From Octopus vulgaris (Eukaryota), in the NCBI GenBank assembly GCA_951406725.2, contig OX597823.1:72912001-72976000 (forward strand): a stretch of DNA of 64,000 nucleotides, in the 5' to 3' direction. Each line of letters opens with the position of its first letter. The stretch's first letter is position 1. A program made the translations under genes and the position numbers. Below, piece by piece: positions 11,405 to 25,800 of the stretch. A model generated the notes under the pieces. That model made no database searches. It worked only from the letters and a program-made list of their open reading frames with translations, and was not told the DNA's origin.

Positions 11405-12170
11405 GTTACTAAATGGCAAAGCGAGACCGGAAAGTGTCGAAGCCGCGCTGGTCCGTTAAGCATTCTCGATCGACACTTTTTGGACGATTATGGTCCCTGT
11501 TAGTTCATGATTTCGTTGATGTACGTTAACTATAGCATTAGAGCATTTAGCTCTTATTTCTAGCAATGTATGTGTTTTCTAACACCCTCGTCATATTTAA
11601 TGACATTTGGAATACTCCTTTTTGGCCAGACATTGCAAACTGTTGTTCATATAAATTTTGCACATACACATTAGCGAATCGCTAAATCATCCAATTATTT
11701 AGATGTCGAAAGTATTAATACTAATGGCAAATCGAATCCGGAAAGTGACAAAGCCACTGGCTAAAGGGATGAGGCGACGGAAATTGCTGAAACTGACACG
11801 TAAGTATTAATCATTCTCGATTGGACGATTGTGGACCCTCTTAGTGTACATATTTAGTGAATATCTTTAGGACATACACATTAGCGAGTCGCTAAGTCAT
11901 CCAATTGTTTAGATGACGAAAACATAAATACTAATGGTGAAGCGAATCCGGAAAGACACGAAGCCGAGCTGGAAAAAGAGTTGAGGCGACGGAAAGTGCC
12001 GAAACTGTCACGTCAGTATTAATCATTCTCGATCGGCACTTTTCGGATGATTATGGTCCCTGTTAGTGTATATAATTTCATTCATGTGCGTTATGCACAG
12101 CATTAGAGGAGCGTTTTAGATATTGTTTCTAGCAATGTAGGTATTTTCTAACCCCCATTTAGTGACGTAT
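11405..12170. repeat. Three diverged tandem copies of a ~210-310-bp unit
   Basis: Recurring blocks actaatggcaaa.cga..ccggaaag, cattctcgat...ggacgattatggtccctgttag and acatacacattagcga.tcgctaa.tcatccaatt. Confidence 0.7.
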
Positions 12171-12369
12171 GTCGGGTCACTCCGTCGCTTACGACGACGA
12201 GGTTTCCAGTTGATCCGATCAAAGGAAGAGCTAGCTCGTGAAATTAACGTGCAAGTGACTGAGCATTCCACAGACACGTATACACTTAACGCAGTTCTCA
12301 GTGAGATTTGGCGTGACGGAAAGTGTGACAAACCTGGCCCATTGAAATACAGGTACAACAGAAACATGA

Positions 12370-12557
12370 AGAAAGAGTGAGAAAAGTTGTGGTGAAAGAG
12401 TACAGCAGAGTTCACCACCGACCCCTGCCGGAGCGTCGTAGAATTTTTTTTGGTGTTTTCGCTCAATATACAATCACAACGCCCGGTCTGGGAATCGATG
12501 CCGCGATCCTACGATCGCGAGTCCGCTGCCCTAAACACTGGGCCATTGTGCCTCCAC
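12370..12557 (-). mobile_element. tRNA-derived SINE family C (5' part)
   Basis: Minus strand gtggaggcacaatggcccagtgtttagggcagcggactc...tcgattcccagacc (A- and B-box-like). Homologous to 44985-45173 and 46495-46810. Confidence 0.75.
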
Positions 12558-12570
12558 AGTGGCATACGTA

Positions 12571-12608
<38 letters not shown>

Positions 12609-12611
12609 GGG

Positions 12612-12653
<42 letters not shown>

Positions 12654-12661
12654 GGGGAGTT

Positions 12662-12710
<49 letters not shown>

Positions 12711-13134
12711 AGAGCAATAAGAAAAATGGAAGGGATCAATAGGTGGTTCATCAACTTTTAGACATTATATTATGTTAACTTACGAAACTGACAATTACAA
12801 GAATATACATACATGTATAATATATGCTTTACAAATAAGATATAACAATAATTTATATATAAAGATACCAATAATTATTACAATATAACATACATGAATA
12901 TAAATTGAGGAAATAACTTAGAGCTGTTTCAGCCAAGAGGCACAGGGAGGGATAAAAAAATACACACACACATATCTATCTATCTATCTACCTATGTATC
13001 TATATATCTATTTTTCTAACTATCTGTCCGTCTATCTATCTTTTTATCTATCTCTCTATCTATCTATTTATTTCTATATACATATATGTGTGTGTGTGTG
13101 TGTGTGTGTGCGTATATGTGTGTCTGTGTGTGTG

Positions 13135-13352
13135 TTTGTGTCTGCGTGTTTTTGTTTGGCCCTTGCTGCCGCTTGACAACCGGTTTTTGGTAAGTTTATA
13201 TCCCTATAACATAGCGGTTCGGCAAAAGAACAGATAGAATAAGTAACAACCTGAAAAAAATTTAGAACTGGGTCAATTCATTCGACTAAAAGTTCAAGGC
13301 GGTGCTCCAGGTTAGCGTCAGTCGAATGAAGAGACAAGTAAAATAAAAGGTA
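13135..13352 (+). mobile_element. SINE family B, 3' half
   Basis: gcttgacaaccg...ggttcggcaaaaga...aggcggtgctccag...acaagtaaaa matches the tail of the full copy at 55122-55524. Other fragments lie at 15485-15840 (both orientations) and 16823-16860. Confidence 0.65.
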
Positions 13353-13373
13353 AAAGGCATATGTGTGTGTGTA

Positions 13374-13432
<59 letters not shown>

Positions 13433-16400
13433 ATCTGTTGAAAGACACATATGTACTTGACGGTACACCAAAAAAAATAATAAAAAAAGTTTAATTTAGT
13501 ATTTGTGGATCAAATAAGCATATCTTGAGGTATTAGATAATTGCTTTACCTATATTTTCTACGTTTCGCGGCGCTAACATCATAATCATCATTGCAGTAA
13601 GAGGCTGTTTCACCTGGCGCAACGTAGAACATCTTTTACGGATTTTAATTACTGAATGTTGAGGTAAGATCCGGCATTCACATAAGTTTTTCGCTTGTCT
13701 TCCTAAAGGGCCTATATAAATGAGTGCTTATCTTATGTCTTATGTAATATCCAAAATATTAATTCTTCTGTTATTCCTATGGTAATTTTATATGCTATAT
13801 GTCTGAATGTTTACCCTCCTTTAACACATCTTGAACACCCGCATTTGAAATTTGAGTTATATTTTACATTTCCCTATAGGAAAAAATAGTGGGAAATTTT
13901 CAGGTAAATTATCAGGCATGGAAAGCACTTTGGGATCGCATATGGCTATACTATGGAAAGACATTATGCTTTGGTTTCTTTGTGACTGTTATTATATTTT
14001 TAATATCGCTATACTTTAAACCCCGATAAATGTCTTAAAAATTAAGGGCAATGCTGGTACATTTATAAAGTTGAGTTCCAATAATTTTCATCGCAAAGTT
14101 GCAAACGAAAGAAGATTTAGAGGGTTTGTTGTATCAACTCAATAGCGGGGACACAGAATTGTACTCACTTTACATTTCATGAACGTTCACATTAAGAAGT
14201 TGCCTTTCTGTATATATAAACAAAACGTTAATCAGTCCTGTAAAAAGATCAAAAAATAAATTTGAGTTTGATTAGGGAAATGTCACACCTGAAGACAAAA
14301 CTAGATGTGGGTTTCTTCGAAATTGATGGAAATAATTAGATAAAAACACAATTTACATACAATAATGGGGTTTACTGTTTTTGTTCGCTGTCTTGCTATG
14401 TTTATATGATGGAAAGAAGGGGGCGGAAATAAGAAATATAAAATTAGTATGTAACAAGTAAAATGAAAGTCTTTAGAAGAATGAAGCATTTATTCCATTG
14501 ATCTGACTGTCAAGCAACGTGTGAAGGCGCGCTTGCAGTTTTACAATAAATATTAGTAAATCTCTGAATGGATTATAATTTTATGAGATTTTTTAATAAA
14601 TATATTTTGATTTTAAACCGTTCAGTATAACCGATGAAAATGCAAGACATCGATTTACCATCATCAGTTTTATCTTTGTAACTCTATCGAATATTCTAAA
14701 TAGTTTCATTAATGAATGTACCCATTCTTTAAATACATTCAATATTGATCGTGCAAATTATATTTTTGAAAAGTAATCAATAAGATTAATAGAAATAGAC
14801 AGCCACTGAGTTGCTTACAACTTAGAAATCAGAAAAAAATATTATCAAATTAAACGCTAGTATTTTGAGCGAATGACTGACGCCACTTTAATTCAAAAAT
14901 AAGATGCTCTGGAGAAAATGCCCAGCATTAGTTTGCGGGTGTGTCACATTATTTCAATATATTTCATTATCCTGAATATATACGTTGTTATTGAAAAAAA
15001 AACTAATATATTCAATAGCGACGCATTTAATGGACGGATATATCCAATAATAAAACTCCTTATATTCTTAATTTTTTTTTTCAATATCCATCCACGGTTA
15101 AAACTGATAAGAGAAAAAAAAATGTATTTGTATTCCTCTGTAGAATCAACCTCTCAGTAGAGAAGTAGAAGATGCCATAAGTTATAAGCCATCCTTACTG
15201 TCGATAGATATTTTTATCTGATTATATATCCTTATGACCTATCATTTTCGGCGAGCGTTATGCACTATCACATTTGTGAAATATTGTTCCTGTTATTTTG
15301 CCTTTGATCAAAATGCTGTGTATTAAACTCAAAGAACAAATTCTGTAGGTAAGAAAAAATATATATGAATGGTTTCATCTATTGTATGGAACGTATAAGC
15401 TATCCTGTATAATTATCAAAACTGACATTATTTTTGACAACATACTGTGTGAATAGACGAGTAAATATATCATTTATTTTTTATCTTTTCCTTCTTTCAG
15501 TCATTAGACTGCAGCCAACCTGACGTACCACCGCGAAAAATTTTTTAATAACTCTAATCGACCCCAGTACATATTTTCATTTTAAGGCTGGCACTTATTC
15601 TATCGGTCTCTTTTTCCGAAACGCTAGGTGTATTTCTGTCTCAGTTTAGCTCCCAATAGCACTTGATGATCGATGTTGATGCGTTTACGTCCCTGTAACG
15701 TAACAGTTTGTAAAAACAAAGCAACTGAATAATACCAGACTTTAAAAATAAGTATTGGCTTCCATTCGTTCGACTAAAATCTTTCAAGGCAGTCCCCTGC
15801 ATAGCTGCACACTAATGACTGGAACAATTAAAAGATAAAAGGCACATACTCACACACACACACACACACACATACATACATACATATATATATGTATGTA
15901 TGTATATATCATACAAGCAGTGGCAAACAAACACACACACGTAGATCCATATACTCACACACAAACACATGCGCGCATAAATATAAACAGAGAGCAGGAG
16001 ACAAGGCAACCTTTCTACTTGGTGGATTTAATCATCATTTTCCCTAGCTTAAACAAAATCATTTAACATAACTGCTAATGCCGACAACAGGAACATATGT
16101 CATCTTATGGTAGCATATATAAAATGAAGATTAAAGGATTATGAAATAATTTTCCTATTATGCATCGAAAATGAGAAGATTTATTTAAGTATCCTTTCAG
16201 TAATTCTTTAGCTTTTGCACTTCAAACCTTGATGCGGTTTTTTAACGTGTTTCATTTTTGTCTTTCGTCAATTATTGTTCATTTTTACCTCGAGTCTTGC
16301 ATGTTTTCATGTTTTATGAAAGCTGTCTCCAAATCACATCTTGTTTTAATAATTTTCGTATTTTTCTGCCATTTAAGACGAACATTTTTCTTTATGATTG

Positions 16401-19400
16401 ACAGTTTCTTCGTCGGTTTAATTTACAATAACCTGTCGTATATAGTTATCTTTTCCATCCTTAACTTTACACTTTCTATTTTATTTATTCGTCTTTATTA
16501 TTCTCACTAACATACTTTCTTATTTCTTCTCTTCCTCTTTATCTTTCTTTCCCTTGAAATACAATATTGCTTCTTCCAATGCAATCCGAAGGACAGCCGA
16601 GTAAAATCCGAATAAGGAATTTTAAGTTCAAATAGTATTGCGAATATTTGGTGATATATTTAAATGAAACGTGTCGAGGTATGGTCCGGATATGTTTTGT
16701 GACATTGCACTGTAAAATTAGTGGCAAATGATTAATTACCATCTGTGAGAGTCTTGTCCAATTACAAGCTAATGCATCTAACAATCGCATGACGGGTGAC
16801 TATGTTTAACAGAACACCATGTACGGTGCTCTAGCATGGCCGCACTCAAATGATTGAAACAATTTTTTCCAAATGACAACTTTAGCAGAAACAATGTGAA
16901 TGGAATACCATTTCAAATATTCTTTGTCTCTGCTTCTCCCATTCTTTCATTTTTCTCTATCTCCTTCAGATCTAGCATTTTAAAGCTGACTTCGAAAGTA
17001 CCTAGAGTGTTCGCGTATTTCAATCAAACTGGAACGTTACAACACCCTTGAAACATATTATTAGGCCCTAACAGCAAGCAAGTTTGCTGTTTGCGAAACG
17101 TACGTCGGGTTCATGGAAAGTTAGGGTTATCAGAACAAACGTCCAAAGAAAGCATCCGGTCGAGCAAAAATCAAGCGATTCATCATTGTCAACGAATAAA
17201 CAGTGCAGTCCAGGAATAAACATGCAACGATAAACAATCGATGCAGAGGAGTCAAACACTTCAAAATCAAACAATATTATTGCATATGCCAATTATAAAT
17301 AACATGCATAGCATTGTTTTCTGCATTCTAATGACTGCAAAATTGCCAGTTTTCTTTGCAGCACAATGCAAGAACGACATTCATAAAAGAGCTGAAATGG
17401 TAAATACTACGGTAATAATAAGTTAGCTATCATTAGTGAATTGTAGGTTGTATAAATTTAGGATCGTAACAGAACTAGCGACCAATTTATTCCTCTACCA
17501 TTCATCCTAATCAGTGAACGTTCTTTTTGCTATAAACAATGATAAGCATGAGAGAAACGTTGGCGAAAATGAAACATCGTAAGCCAGTGAAAGAGAGAAA
17601 ACTGTTTTTAAATGAGAGAGTAATAGGAAGATATCTCAGAAAATATAACAGGCAGACAAAAATATATCTTTTGCAAAATATAACTTTAAAAAACACGTGA
17701 ATATGAAAGGCAGAAGAGAAAACAAAGATGTTATAACTTTAGAGAAACAATATTTTAGAGAATTAGGCTAGAGTGTAAAAATAAACAAAAATACACAAGA
17801 AAATAAAACGTCAAAGAACAAAGGTTGCATAAAAGGAGAGAAATGCGTAGAAAAATAAGCAGGCGAATCAAAGAGTGACGTATAAGATAAAAACGAGGAT
17901 TTTACTATGAAAATATGCAGAAAAACTATGGACAGAAGAACCGATTGAATGACAGTATGTGTTTGTGTTTCGGGGCATGATTATGCATCTGAAAAAATAC
18001 ATCCCTAGGCTCTATATGCAAAACGTTTTCAAATGCGGCACTATAAAGTAGGACAAGAAATCATTAGGCATATTGTATCGTATTTTCGCCTATAACTGAG
18101 CCAGCAGGAATTATGATGGGTTTTGTTTTGAGTACCACTTCAGAATCAAAACAATTTCTAAAAAACAGTCTAGCACGCAATTGTTTTGCAGTGAACATCT
18201 TTCGACCCATTTGAAAGAGCAAATTTATCAGATGCTTTTTTATTTCTCCAGGCTTTACCAAATAAAACTACAACAATTTTTACAGATATATTTTGTATTT
18301 GATGTTCAAAAGAAGCATAATAACGCAACAAGAATAGCAAAGGAAGATAATTCAAAGCTTCGTATAAATTATTCTTGTGCTAGACATTTTCGTTATGTGT
18401 AAAGATGTACTGGATCTATGGATAATTAGGTTGTTATCAATGCAAAAATTATAAATAAAATATTTTAAATAGAAAAACCAACTCACTGGAAAAAATGATT
18501 TAAACATCCTTATTACAATGGAAGGGTTGCAGGAGTGGTTAGCAAATAAGGTATTATTTTGATGTGTCGTGCAGGCAACAGCAACAAAATCATGTAAAAA
18601 CAGTTCATATAGAACTTAGTAATATCCCTCCTATTTTCCCAACGATGAATATCGATTATATTCCTCAGCACCTTACTGATATTTATGTCAAAATATAATT
18701 ACAAAGGTTGTACAATGTAAAGCACTAAAAATTTACATTCAGGATCCTATATACATTTACGTGATGGCATTAACAGAGTTATGGCTACGATAGCACCAAC
18801 AACTCTGTACTTTCTCATCAAGTTTCACACGAGTGCGCTCTATATCTACGAGAGAAGACAAGTTGCCCTGATTAATGCATGGAAATATCGATGTCCTTGT
18901 ATCTTCTAAACCAAATTGCTCAAGATTTTATCTAAAATGTTTAAATAGTTTAGCCATGTATCTATGTTGCAAATATATTTTTATTACTACAGGATTAAAG
19001 ATACTCAATTGAATGGAAATAACAGATCCAACTCGAACAAATACTTAAAACTGGCATTTGAATAGTTATTTATTCCACAGCCATTTCTTCTGCAGAAATT
19101 CAAATCTCTACAAAAGATGAGGCACATTTGAAAGTTGGCGCAATGAACATGATGATTTGTTCACGTGATCTCTCTCAACTTCATCGAACTTTGAATGTAA
19201 GACAGCATATATATATATAGAACGGTTGTGCGGTGAATTTATTTCAAGAAACCGACCAGATAAGTGAGAAATATCATGTAAATGATGAGAAACATAATAT
19301 GTATACTTTGCAAAAACAATATCCCAAATGAATTGGGGATGTTAATGGTAAGTATCTTAAATCTACGTGAGAATGTGTTGTGCTGTAATTCCCTCAGTCT

Positions 19401-19865
19401 ATGAACTAAATGTGTAAATAAGTTTGCAGAGGCTCGGACACTGCGCTGTTTACCGTCTTACGAAAAACGTAAGAAAATGGAAATACACAATTCTTGATGG
19501 AGCAATATATTAAAATAAATGACATTTTTGATGAGAATTCGGCGTCTTGAACGATATAACCCAGGCTAATTATCAACTAACATTTCAAAGAATAAATAAA
19601 ATATTTTTAAACATGCGTCTTAGTATGTTTATATAGAAGCATGTACGCACATATACACATATATTTGTGCTTATCTAGTTAAATCGAAAAATCGAACAAT
19701 AAAAACAACAAAGAAAGGGTCGTGCACATGGAATGTATTCGTTAAACACTCAGTAAAAATACATCTACATACTACAAATAGATACGTACACACATACATG
19801 CTCATACACATATATGTTCGTACACAAACACGCACACAGACACACACACACAAATATACATACAT

Positions 19866-19977
19866 GAAAAATATAATCGTCTCTAAATGCGACTAAGGGT
19901 GTCAAAACATACATTGCTACAAATAAGAGCAATGTGTCTTGACACCTTTAGTCATGTTTAGTGACGTCTATATTTTC
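19866..19977. repeat. Short imperfect fold-back (~52-bp arms)
   Basis: gactaagggtgtcaaaacatacattgct / agcaatgtgtcttgacacctttagtc around a 9-nt spacer. Confidence 0.75.
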
Positions 19978-20384
19978 TTTCTATTTAGCGTAACACATTG
20001 AGCATAACTGTTTATATTAATTTGTGTGTGTGTGTTTGGGTGTGTGTGTATGTGTGTGTATGTGTGTGCGTTTGTGCGTGCATGTGTGTGTGTATGTGTG
20101 TGTGCAGCAGTAGTAGTAGCATTTGATAGATTCAAGTGGAGTACAGAATCTGTATATCAAGGAAAATAAGGAAGTCAGCGCTTAGATAAAAAAAACTATT
20201 TATTAAGCGCTTTCATCCCTTTCAGGAATTAATCATGAATCAGTGATTTATTGAAATTTATCCCTTTTATGTAAATGTTTTACTTAGATTGCTCCGTACT
20301 TAGAGTATCTCTCTCTCATTGCCTTTCTTTCTCTCAAACTTCTGTGTTTATAAATTTATGTGCACGTACATATAGTTATTCTTC

Positions 20385-20790
20385 TAGGTCTTCTCTTTGT
20401 TCTGATTATCTCTCTTCTCACCTCTCGCTGCTTTTCCTTCTCTTTTTAAAAACTTCTCTCCTTTAAACCATCTCTCCCCAACTTATTCCCTACTCTTTCC
20501 CTGTCTATCCTCTCATATCCTCACTAAATATCCAATCTTCCCCGTTCATCCTTCTCTGCATTTCCCCCCCTCCAGCCGTTTTTCTCTATCCTTCCCCACT
20601 CACTCTTCTCTCTTAGCCTCATCTTCTCCTCGACTTACTCTTCTCTCTGTCTCATCCTACTCTCCATTGACGTCTCTTCTTCCCCTCACGCATCAATTTG
20701 CACTCTCTCTCGCACGCCACTTGCTTTTTTCTCTTATCCTTCACTTCCTTCCCATCCACCCTCTTTGCTTCCTCGCTTCTCTGTTTCAAC
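20385..20790. repeat. Polypyrimidine (CT-rich) low-complexity tract
   Basis: Strongly C/T-skewed plus strand with no clean periodicity. Confidence 0.7.
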
Positions 20791-21052
20791 TTACGCAATT
20801 GTGAGATTCACCCACTGATACACGATTACATATGAAGAGTTGTACTGAGATTCACAGCTACTGTCTGTATTTATGAAACATTCAGAGTTGGTACTGCATT
20901 CAGAGTTGGTAACCTCATTTTCCCAGGCTTCATCTTTGAATGTTAGCGGACTAAACACGTATGGTAACATCCAATGGGTCCTTAGATAATCAGATTAGTA
21001 TTAGTTTAAATGTTCCGTTGGATTATTTAGCTGAAATGACAGGAAATCCAAA

Positions 21053-21622
21053 TATTGGTTTTTCCAAAATGTTCGTTCCGATTTATAGTAGATTACCTTT
21101 CGTCTTATTTTAGAACGTGGTTGAGTCCATAAAATAGGGTTTGACTACACCTACATTTAGAACACGGTTTAAGCTATCTTTTCGTGGAAGAAGGGTTATG
21201 TTCGTATGACCTGTGTTAATTCTGTAACCCTTTTAAATGGAAGATAAGACAGTTCATTTTCGGCACTTGATGCTTTGGGAACCAGACAAAATTTGCTGCA
21301 GCTCGGCTGGGATGTGTTACTCCACCCTCCATATTCACTGGATATTGCCCCTTCGGATTTCCACTTATTCAGGTCTCAGCAGTATAGTCTTAATGGTAAA
21401 AATTTCAATTCCTTGGATGACGTAAAAAAATACTTTCATGAATTCTTTGCCATGAAACCACCTAAATTCTGGGAAGAGGGTATTTTCAAGTCAAAGGAAA
21501 GATGGAGATGCATTGTGCAACAAAAGGGTTCATATTTGGTTGATTAAAAATGTAATGGCAAGTATTTATTGACCTTTTTCTTTCCTTTAAAAATCGGCAT
21601 GAACTTTCTGGACAACCCAATA
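21053..21622 (+). mobile_element. Second copy of the non-autonomous mariner derivative
   Basis: Same length, TIRs and internal junction (gatgctttggga|acca) as 7263-7832. Carries the PPYSLDIAPSDFHLF motif. Confidence 0.92.
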
Positions 21623-22084
21623 ATATCATAGTTTCGGTTTACAATAACTTACCGACAAAATATGAAATGCACATAAACATCTCTAACTGCTAAACGTTCC
21701 GAATGCAAAAATCAAACATTTTTACGATTGCAAGAACTAACCGAATTTCTAAAACACTACTCAAAATATTCAATGCAAACTCAACTATTTGTATCTGAAC
21801 ATATTTTGTGAAGGCCAAATCTCCCAGTGGCCTTTTTGAATCGAACACTGCGTTAGACTTTGCGGAACCTAAATGTGATGAAAAAGAGTTGCAAAGAATT
21901 GTATTTCCACTAGCTAGTTCTATTTTAGCTATTTCTATTTAACGAGCCATTTTGTATTCATTCTACTTCCACAGTCTAGATACATGAATTGTTTTTAATG
22001 AGACGTCTATTTTACTTCACTTCAAATATCTACCTTTTCGTTAATTTTTATTTAAATCTCGTTCTATATTTGCGGTGAATGAAC

Positions 22085-22489
22085 GAGCTGGCAGTCATTG
22101 GATGAAAGAAATGCTTCGTGGTATTTCTCCTGCCGCTACGTTCTGAGTTCAAATTCCGGCGAGATCAACTTTACCTTTCATCTTTTCGGAGTCGATTAAA
22201 TAAATAGCAGTTACGCACTGGGGTCGATATAATCAATTTAATCCGTTTTTCTGTCCTTGTTTGTCCTCTCTGTGTTTAGCCCCTTGTGGGTGGTAAAAAA
22301 TAGGTATTTCGCTCGTCGCTACGTTCTGAGTTCAAATTCCACCGAGGTCGACTTTATCTTTCATCCTTCCCTAGTCGATAAATTAAGTACCAGTGAAATT
22401 TCGGGGTCGATGTAATCGTCTAGTCCCCCCCACACACACACACACACACGACGCTTCGGGCATTGTGCCCATAATAGAAAAGATTATTC
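22085..22489 (+). mobile_element. SINE family A, internally duplicated copy
   Basis: Two copies of cgctacgttctgagttcaaattcc...ctttcatc...gtcga. Homologous to 610-1005. Confidence 0.75.
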
Positions 22490-22768
22490 ATATCATAATA
22501 GTAGAAGTTCAAAATCTCAAATTGTTATATAATAGCAGCACGGTATGCCATGACTTACTTATATTTGTTTACAATTTTGTGGGTAAGCGGTACCATGATA
22601 AGGTTAAGACTGGTTGACACTCGAACATTTCAATAACTTTGTATCTAGTGAAAATATAGGACTTCCCAAAATAACTCAATTATGTCTCATAAAGGTTCGT
22701 TTTATTGATCATTGCGTGTGTGTTTGTGCGTTCCTGAGTGTGTTTGTGTACATATACACACACAAACA

Positions 22769-22840
<72 letters not shown>

Positions 22841-22843
<3 letters not shown>

Positions 22844-25800
22844 CAACAATTGAGGGTAAAATTAATTAATTATTAATCAATTTCACCAAGTATTCAGTAT
22901 GTAAAGGGACCATTTAAGGCGAATTCAAATTATTACATTATATAAAAGGGCTTAGTAAAATAAATTACTTTGCCACATACTGAACTCATTAGAAATAGTA
23001 GCTAAAAAAACTTTTAAAAACTATTTCTAATACTTAAAGAAAATCTCTCTCATATAGTGTTTGCTCAATTCAACTCACGAAAGTATGGGGGTAAAGACAT
23101 TAAAAAATCAAATGCAAAGGTTATTTGAGAACGTACGTTTCAAGATTAGTCAACTCGACATTTCTATCATCAGCTCAGAACTCATTGGTTTGGATTTGAA
23201 AACACTGAAAGTGGGAGCATACCCTTTCGGCTTCTTATCGCTTCTGAAGATCTGCTCGAAACTAACAGTGCCAGCAAACCCAAAGTATGCAAGCGAAGAA
23301 TTTCTGCTCTCCCCTTTCCACCAGCGTGGGTTAAAATCAGTAAACACTATGCTTTTTCGGTAAAATCCGAAGCATTAAACAAAGAGAGATGAATTATAAT
23401 TTCAACAATTGAGGGTAACATTAATTAATTATTAATCAATTTCACCAAGTATTCAGTATGTAAAGGGACCATTTAAGGCGAATTCAAATTATTACATTAT
23501 ATAAAAGGGCTTAGTAAAATAAATTACTTTGCCACATACTGAACTCATTAGAAATAGTAGCTAAAAAAACTTTTTTAAAACTATTTCTAATACTTAAAGA
23601 AAATCTCTCTCATATAGTGTTTGCTCAATTCAACTCACGAAAGTATGGGGGTAAAGACATTAAAAAATCAAATGCAAAGGTTATTTGAGAACGTACGTTT
23701 CAAGATTAGTCAACTCGACATTTCTATCATCAGCTCAGAACTCCTTGGTTTGGATTTGAAAACACTGAAAGTGGGAGCATACCCTTTCGGCTTCTTATCG
23801 CTTCTGAAGATCTGCTCGAAACTAACAGTGCCAGCAAACCCAAAATATGCAAGCGAAGAATTTCTGAAATTATAATTCATCTCTCTCTATTTAATGCTTC
23901 GGATTTTACCGAAAAAGCATAGTGTTTACTGATTTTAATCCACGCTGGTGGAAAGGGAGAGCAGAAATTCTTCGCTTGCATATTTTGGGTTTGCTGGCAC
24001 TGTTAGTTTCGAGCAGATCTTCAGAAGCGATAAGAAGCCGAAAGGGTATGCTCCCACTTTCAGTGTTTTCAAATCCAAACCAAGGAGTTCTGAGCTGATG
24101 ATAGAAATGTCGAGTTGACTAATCTTGAAACGTACGTTCTCAAATAACCTTTGCATTTGATTTTTTAATGTCTTTACCCCATACTTTCGTGAGTTGAATT
24201 GAGCAAACACTATATGAGAGAGATTTTCTTTAAGTATTAGAAATAGTTTTAAAAAAGTTTTTTTAGCTACTATTTCTAATGAGTTCAGTATGTGGCAAAG
24301 TAATTTATTTTACTAAGCCCTTTTATATAATGTAATAATTTGAATTCGCCTTAAATGGTCCCTTTACATACTGAATACTTGGTGAAATTGATTAATAATT
24401 AATTAATTTTACCCTCAATTGTTGAAATTATAATTCATCTCTCTCTATTTAATGCTTCGGATTTTACCGAAAAAGCATAGTGTTTACTGATTTTAACCCA
24501 CGCTGGTGGAAAGGGGAGAGCAGAAATTCTTCGCTTGCATATTTTGGGTTTGCTGGCACTGTTAGTTTCGAGCAGATCTTCAGAAGCGATAAGAAGCCGA
24601 AAGGGTATGCTCCCACTTTCAGTGTTTTCAAATCCAAACCAAGGAGTTCTGAGCTGATGATAGAAATGTCGAGTTGACTAATCTTGAAACGTACGTTCTC
24701 AAATAACCTTTGCATTTGATTTTTTAATGTCTTTACCCCTATACTTTCGTGAGTTGAATTGAGCAAACACTATATGAGAGATTTTCTTTAAGTATTAGAA
24801 ATAGTTTTAAAAAGTTTTTTTAGCTACTATTTCTAATGAGTTCAGTATGTGGCAAAGTAATTTATTTTACTAAGCCCTTTTATATAATGTAATAATTTGA
24901 ATTCGCCTTAAATGGTCCCTTTACATACTGAATACTTGGTGAAATTGATTAATAATTAATTAATTTTACCCTCAATTATTGAAATTATAATTCATCTCTC
25001 TCTGTTTAATGCTTCGGATTTTACCGAAAAAGCATAGTGTTTACTGATTTTAACCCACGCTGGTGGAAAGGGAGAGCAGAAATTCTTCGCTTGCATATTT
25101 TGGGTTTGCTGGCACTGTTAGTTTCGAGCAGATCTTCAGAAGAGATAAGAAGCCGAAAGGGTATGCTCCCACTTTCAGTGTTTTCAAATCCAAACCAAGG
25201 AGTTCTGAGCTGATGATAGAAATGTCGAGTTGACTAATCTTGAAACGTACGTTCTCAAATAACCTTAGCATTTCATTTTTTAATGTCTTTACCCCCATAC
25301 TTTCGTGAGTTGAATTGAGCAAACACTATATGAGAGAGATTTTCTTTAAGTATTAGAAATAGTTTTAAAAAGGTTTTAGCTACTATTTCTAATGAGTTCA
25401 GTATGTGGCAAAGTAATTTATTTTACTAAGCCCTTTTATATAATGTAATAATTTGAATTCGCCTTAAATGGTCCCTTTACATACTGAATACTTGGTGAAA
25501 TTGATTAATAATTAATTAATTTTACCCTCAATTGTTGAAATTATAATTCATCTCTCTCTGTTTAATGCTTCGGATTTTACCGAAAAAGCATAGTGTTTAC
25601 TGATTTTAACCCACGCTGGTGGAAAGGGGAGAGCAGAAATTCTTCGCTTGCATATTTTGGGTTTGCTGGCACAGTTAGTTTCGAGCAGATCTTCAGAAGC
25701 GATAAGAAGCCGAAAGGGTATGCTCCCACTTTCAGTGTTTTCAAATCCAAACCAAGGAGTTCTGAGCTGATGATAGAAATGTCGAGTTGACTAATCTTGA

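Noticed and set aside
12500-12557. tRNA-like sequences here and at ~41745-41800, 45110-45173, 46275-46345 and 55455-55524
   Set aside because: They are SINE heads with incomplete cloverleaves, not functional tRNA genes.
14169-14207. Possible 39-nt minus-strand exon bounded by cag and gtgagt
   Set aside because: All three frames contain stops and no partner exons were found.
23243-23275. Second HHR-like string ctgaaga-tctgctc-gaaac on the opposite strand of each monomer
   Set aside because: No helix II pairing, and the would-be cleavage triplet ends in G.
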